A stretch of 64,000 bases of DNA from an uncultured Verrucomicrobiae bacterium (GTDB lineage Bacteria; Verrucomicrobiota; Verrucomicrobiia; Opitutales; JABDGR01). Both the position numbers and the translations under genes were made by a program. Shown piece by piece: positions 60,501 through 64,000 of this stretch (within the stretch, counting starts at the first letter, position 1; every line of letters starts with the position of its first letter). Below the pieces are notes generated by a model. It saw only the letters and a program-made list of their open reading frames with translations, was not told where the DNA came from and did not search any database. The stretch spans positions 32,001 through 96,000 of the forward strand of contig CAVXVB010000009.1 of the NCBI GenBank assembly GCA_963765205.1, read 5' to 3'.

Positions 60501-63500
60501 TGACGCTGGCCGGCAACCCGGCGGTATCGGGCAATGGCGTGACCCTGTTCACGGGCACGGACACGTTAAGCGCCGGCGTGCAGGTGCAAAGTGCCGCGCT
60601 CCAGGGCTACTTGGTCGGTTCCGGCAGCCTCACGGTGCTGGGCAATTTCACCTGGGCCGCGAATGAGGCCATCGAGACCACCGGCGGGGTGACGCTCCAC
60701 GGCCCGACCACGATTGGCGACGTGGTTAGCAATGCCTACGAATACCTCGAAGCCGGCGCGGGTAATCTGGCCACGATCTACAACTACGGCAATGCGACGG
60801 TGTTCGCGATCCCAGGCCAGCAATTGGGCCTGTATGACAGCAACACCGGCACGGCGGTCTGGGACAACAAGGCGGGCAGTTCTTTCACCTTAAGTGACTC
60901 GGCTTCCATTATCAGCAGTTCCACTTCGCAGTTCATCAACGAAGCCGGGGCCGGTTTCACCAAGACGGGTGCCAACACGAGTTTGGTGAATTGGGGTTTT
61001 ACCAACAACGGCACGATTGCCGTCCAAGGGGGCACGCTTGAGTTTTCGGGCCAAACCTACAACGGCAATGGTTCGGCGAATGTCACTGCTGGGGCCATGG
61101 TGCAATTTAACAGTGTGACCTTGGCCAGCAACCCGGCGGTGTCGGGCAATGGCGTGACCCTGTTCACGGGCACGGACACGTTAAGCGCCGGCGTGCAGGT
61201 GCAAAGTGCCGCGCTGCAAGGCTACCTGACCGGGTCCGGCAGCCTGACGGTGTCGGGTAATTTCACCTGGGCTGCGGAGGAGGCCATCGAGAACACCGGC
61301 GGGGTGACGCTCCACGGCCCGACCACGATTGGCGACGTGGTTAGCAACGCCTACGAATACCTCGAAACCGGCGCGGGCAATCTGGCCACGATCTACAACT
61401 ACGGCAATGCGACGGTGCTGGCGATCCCAGGCCAGCAATTGGGCTTGTATGACAGCAATACCGGCACTGCGGTCTGGGACAATAAAGCGGGCAGTTCCTT
61501 CACGCTGGCGGACTCGGCCTCCATTATCAGCAGTTCCGCTTCGCAGTTCATCAACGAAGCCGGGGCGAACTTCACCAAGACTGGCGGCAACACCAGTTTG
61601 GTGAATTGGGGGTTCACCAACAACGGGACGATATCCGTCCAGGGAGGCACGCTCGAGTTTTCGGGCCAAACCTACAACGGCAATGGTTTGGCGAATGTCA
61701 CTGCTGGGGCCATGGTGCAATTTAACAGTGTGACCTTGGCCAGCAACCCGGCGGTGTCGGGTAATGGCGTGACCTTGTTCACGGGCACGGACACCCTGGG
61801 CGCCGCAGCGCAGGCGCAGAATGCCGCGCTGCAAGGCTACATGGCTGGTTCCGGCAGCCTGACGGTGTCGGGTAATTTCACCTGGGCCGCGGAGGAGGCC
61901 ATCGAGAACACCGGCGGGGTGACGCTCCACGGCCCAACCACGATTGGCGACGTGGTTAGCAACGCCTACGAATACCTCGAAGCCGGCGCGGGCAATCTGG
62001 CCACGATCTACAACTACGGCAATGCGACGGTGCTGGCGATCCCGGGCCAGCAATTGGGCTTGTATGACAGCAATACCGGCACTGCGGTCTGGGACAACAA
62101 AGCGGGCAGTTCCTTCACGCTGGCGGACTCGGCCTCCATTATCAGCAGTTCCGCTTCGCAGTTTATCAACGAAGCCGGGGCGAACTTTACCAAAACCGGC
62201 GGCAATACCAGCCTGGTGGAATGGAACCTCAACAACAACGGCACCGTCGAGGTGGCCGGCGGCACGTTGAATCTCCAAAGTTCCGTGACCCAGATTTCGG
62301 GATCGGATCTCTCCGGCGGCGCCTGGCAGGTGGACGCCGGGGCGACGCTAGAATTTCCGTCCGGCGCCAATTTCACGACCAATCATGGCACGGTCATCCT
62401 CAACGGTATCGGTTCGGTGTTTACGCCCATCAATGCCCTCGTCGAAAACGACGGCTCCTTCCAAATCCTGAACGGACGTTCCTTCACCACGGTGGGAAAT
62501 TTTACGAACAACGGCACCTTGGTGGTCGGCAGCGGCAATTTCACCCCGCCCAGCGTCGGCGCGGATTTTATCAATGAGGCCGGCGCCACTTTCATCAAGA
62601 CGGGCGGCAACACCAGTCTCGCGCAATGGGATTTCATCAATGACGGCTCCGTCTCGGTGCAGAACGGCACGCTCGATTTTTCGGGTATCACCTACAACGG
62701 TGCAAGTTCGACGAGCGTCGCTTCCGGGGCTACGCTCCAGTTTAACAGCGTCATGTTGAGCAACGGCACGGTGGTGACCGGTGCGGGCGAAACTTTATTG
62801 ACTGGCACCACCACGTTAAACGGGTCGGCGCAGTTGGCGAACAGCTCGTGGCAGGGAACCGTGACCGGCGGCGGCAACTTAACCCTCACCCTGGAAGGCA
62901 CCACCACGCTGGGCGCCGTCAATAGCAGCACTTACGAATACTTGTATGCCAATTCTGGCAACCTGGCCACGGTGGACAACTTCGGCGCAGCCACCCTGCT
63001 GGCACCCCTCGGCACCGAATATGGCCTCTTTGACAACAACACCGGCACGGCGTTGTGGGACAACAAGGCCGGCAGTTCCTTCACCGTCAATGACGCCGCC
63101 TCCCTCCGCGGCAATTCCGCTTCGCAGTTCATCAATGAAGCCGGGGCAACCTTCATCAAGACGGGCGCCAACACCAGTCTGGAACAGTGGGACTTTACCA
63201 ACAATGGGAACATCTCCGCCCAAGGGGGCACGCTCGAATTTTCCAGTATAACTTTCAGTGGCAATGGCTCGGCCAATGCCGCGGCGGGCGCCACGATCCA
63301 ATTCAACAACGTGACGGTGGGCAATGGCACCGTGGTGACCGGCAACGCCATCCTCTTGCTGACGAGCACGACCACGCTGAATGGGTCGGCGCAGTTGACG
63401 AACAGTTCGTGGCAGGGGGGAGCGGTGACCGGCAATCTCACCCTCACGTTGGAAGGCACCACCACGTTGGGAACGTCGCCCGGCAGCTACTATGAATTGC

Positions 63501-64000
63501 TCTATGCAAACTCCGGCAACGTCGCCACGGTGGACAATTACGGCCCGGCCGCGGTGTCGGCGACTTTGGGAACGCAATATGGCCTGTTTGACGACAACAG
63601 CGGCACGGTGGTGTGGGACAACAAGCCGGGCAGTTCCTTCACCGTCAACGATGCTGCCTCCATTCAGGGCAGCTCGGCATCGGAGTTTATCAACGAAAGC
63701 GGCGCGACCTTCACCAAGACGGGCGCCAACACCAGTGTGGAGGGGTGGGAATTCACCAACAACGGAAACATTTCCATCCAAGGCGGCACCCTCGACTTTC
63801 GGGACATCACGTTTAACGGCGTCGGTTCGGCCAACACCGCTGCGGGGGCGACGCTACAATTGGAGGGCGTGACGCTGGGCAATGGCACCGTGGTGGCTGG
63901 CAACGCCTCGGTTCTGCTTACCAGCACGACGACGCTGGCCGGCTCCGCGCAATTGCCCAACCTCGTTTGGCAGGGCACCGTGACCGGCAACGGCAGCCTT
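57515..64000 (+). CDS. Giant secreted repetitive beta-strand-rich surface protein (adhesin/autotransporter-passenger-like), 3' end runs off the window
   Basis: Own translation: signal MKIIALARVVFLALPALLALPASG-Q. The frame is still in register at 64000 (..LVWQGTVTGNGSL), giving >2100 aa, with a recurring GTAVWDNKAGSSFT..FINEAGATFTKTG..WDFTNNGT..GTLEF unit. Confidence 0.85.
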   Translation, partial: MKIIALARVVFLALPALLALPASGQVTVPSLDLTAGQLSGPGSEQVLGNFTWEPGASITNALVLTLNGTSTVGDVIVNGYENLTATVDNFGNATLVAPLGIGYGLYDNNSGTAVWDNQAGSSFTVVDAASIIGSSSSQFINETGVTFTKTGANTSVVNWDFTNNGTISVQQGTLEFSGLTFNGTGAANTASGATLQFNSVTLGNGTALTGNANVLLMGATMLGGAAQVSNATLQGELTGSGNLTVLGTLTWMPGANITNTSGLTLNGNVTLGGVNSTGYENITAATVDYAGNATLSSTPGIAYGLEDNNSGTAVWDDKAGSSFIVVDAASIIGSSASQFINEAGATFTKTGANTSAVDWDFTNNGTVSVQQGTLEFDGLTYNGSGSASIAANATLELSGLTLSSNLAVTGNAAGATLQFNSVMLDNGTVVTGNATLLLTGATTLGGTAQVPNATLQGTLTAPPQGNLTGTGSLTVLGTLTWMPGGAIASISPLTLNGTVALGGVNTSGYENITATTVDYTGNATLSSTPGIAYGLYDNNSGTAVWDNKAGSSFTVVDAASIIGSSTSQFINEAGATFIKTGANTSSVDWDFTNNGTVSVQQGTLEFNGLTYNGTGSATIAANATLELNALTLTSNLAVTGNAAAGATLQFNSVTLDNGTVVTGNTPLLLTGATTLGGAAQVSNATLQGTLTAPLQGNVTGTGSLKVLGTLTWAPGGAIANISPLTLNGTVALGGVNTIDYENITVATVDYTGNATLSSTPGIAYGLEDNNSGTVVWDNKSGSSFTVVDAASIIGSSASQFINEAGATFTKTGANTSYEEWDFTNNGTVEVAGGTLNFQGSVTQITGTNLTGGTWQVDAGATLDFPSGTNLTNNYGTIILNGAGASIPALNNLAENDGSFQVLNGGSFTTAGNFTNNGTLVLGGGTFNPPGAGAAFLNQTGASLVDTGNNTNVLSWNFTNNGTISVQAGTLELQGITFNGHGSANTSSGATLQFDSVTLAGNPAVSGNGVTLFTGTDTLSAGVQVQSAALQGYLVGSGSLTVLGNFTWAANEAIETTGGVTLHGPTTIGDVVSNAYEYLEAGAGNLATIYNYGNATVFAIPGQQLGLYDSNTGTAVWDNKAGSSFTLSDSASIISSSTSQFINEAGAGFTKTGANTSLVNWGFTNNGTIAVQGGTLEFSGQTYNGNGSANVTAGAMVQFNSVTLASNPAVSGNGVTLFTGTDTLSAGVQVQSAALQGYLTGSGSLTVSGNFTWAAEEAIENTGGVTLHGPTTIGDVVSNAYEYLETGAGNLATIYNYGNATVLAIPGQQLGLYDSNTGTAVWDNKAGSSFTLADSASIISSSASQFINEAGANFTKTGGNTSLVNWGFTNNGTISVQGGTLEFSGQTYNGNGLANVTAGAMVQFNSVTLASNPAVSGNGVTLFTGTDTLGAAAQAQNAALQGYMAGSGSLTVSGNFTWAAEEAIENTGGVTLHGPTTIGDVVSNAYEYLEAGAGNLATIYNYGNATVLAIPGQQLGLYDSNTGTAVWDNKAGSSFTLADSASIISSSASQFINEAGANFTKTGGNTSLVEWNLNNNGTVEVAGGTLNLQSSVTQISGSDLSGGAWQVDAGATLEFPSGANFTTNHGTVILNGIGSVFTPINALVENDGSFQILNGRSFTTVGNFTNNGTLVVGSGNFTPPSVGADFINEAGATFIKTGGNTSLAQWDFINDGSVSVQNGTLDFSGITYNGASSTSVASGATLQFNSVMLSNGTVVTGAGETLLTGTTTLNGSAQLANSSWQGTVTGGGNLTLTLEGTTTLGAVNSSTYEYLYANSGNLATVDNFGAATLLAPLGTEYGLFDNNTGTALWDNKAGSSFTVNDAASLRGNSASQFINEAGATFIKTGANTSLEQWDFTNNGNISAQGGTLEFSSITFSGNGSANAAAGATIQFNNVTVGNGTVVTGNAILLLTSTTTLNGSAQLTNSSWQGGAVTGNLTLTLEGTTTLGTSPGSYYELLYANSGNVATVDNYGPAAVSATLGTQYGLFDDNSGTVVWDNKPGSSFTVNDAASIQGSSASEFINESGATFTKTGANTSVEGWEFTNNGNISIQGGTLDFRDITFNGVGSANTAAGATLQLEGVTLGNGTVVAGNASVLLTSTTTLAGSAQLPNLVWQGTVTGNGSL
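57600..64000 (+). repeat. Long intragenic tandem repeats (about 555-695 bp units)
   Basis: Nine WD(N/D) cores near 57856, 58455, 59145, 59838, 60858, 61473, 62088, 63055 and 63611; near-identical periods of 690/693 bp and 615/615 bp. Confidence 0.85.

Noticed and set aside
57600..64000. Possible CRISPR array or multiple small minus-strand genes
   Set aside because: The repeats are several hundred bp long, in-frame and inside one plus-strand CDS; there is no repeat-spacer structure and no cas gene.
1..64000. tRNA, rRNA or riboswitch
   Set aside because: None was recognisable in the intergenic regions by eye; a covariance-model search (Infernal/Rfam, tRNAscan-SE) would be needed to exclude them.

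Overview
This is a GC-rich bacterial chromosome segment, most consistent with a Verrucomicrobiota (Opitutae-like) genome; that assignment is inferred from the PEP-CTERM genes, the ACIII/cbb3-like gene layout and the type II GS. The window holds housekeeping and envelope genes (GH2, cbiX-like, Pal/OmpA, prmC, pilC, lpd-like, rsmA, trpC, mazG), a complete alternative complex III operon followed by a CcoN-like subunit lacking most metal ligands, an ATP-grasp/alpha-E/transglutaminase pair, an Opp-type ABC transporter with fused permeases, secreted proteins, a mini-kinase/PP2C pair divergent from a sigma54-type glnII, two PEP-CTERM genes, two pilT paralogs and the start of a giant (>2100 aa) repetitive surface protein. 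The two best candidates for undescribed systems are DNA-modification loci. (1) A DpnA/M2.DpnII-like GATC methyltransferase is co-oriented with a DpnI-like (methyl-GATC-cutting) nuclease, an apparently self-incompatible pair, and GATC sites are tightly clustered upstream of both genes. (2) An AT-rich three-gene island (ParB/Srx-like protein, PD-(D/E)XK nuclease, Dam-family MTase) is inserted between trpC and rsmA. Short 7-9 bp tandem/inverted repeats occupy many gene junctions, and one set lies in-frame inside rsmA. Four single-base frameshifts probably reflect assembly errors. No rRNA, tRNA, CRISPR array or transposase/integrase was seen. All family calls are from motif recognition by eye, not from database searches.
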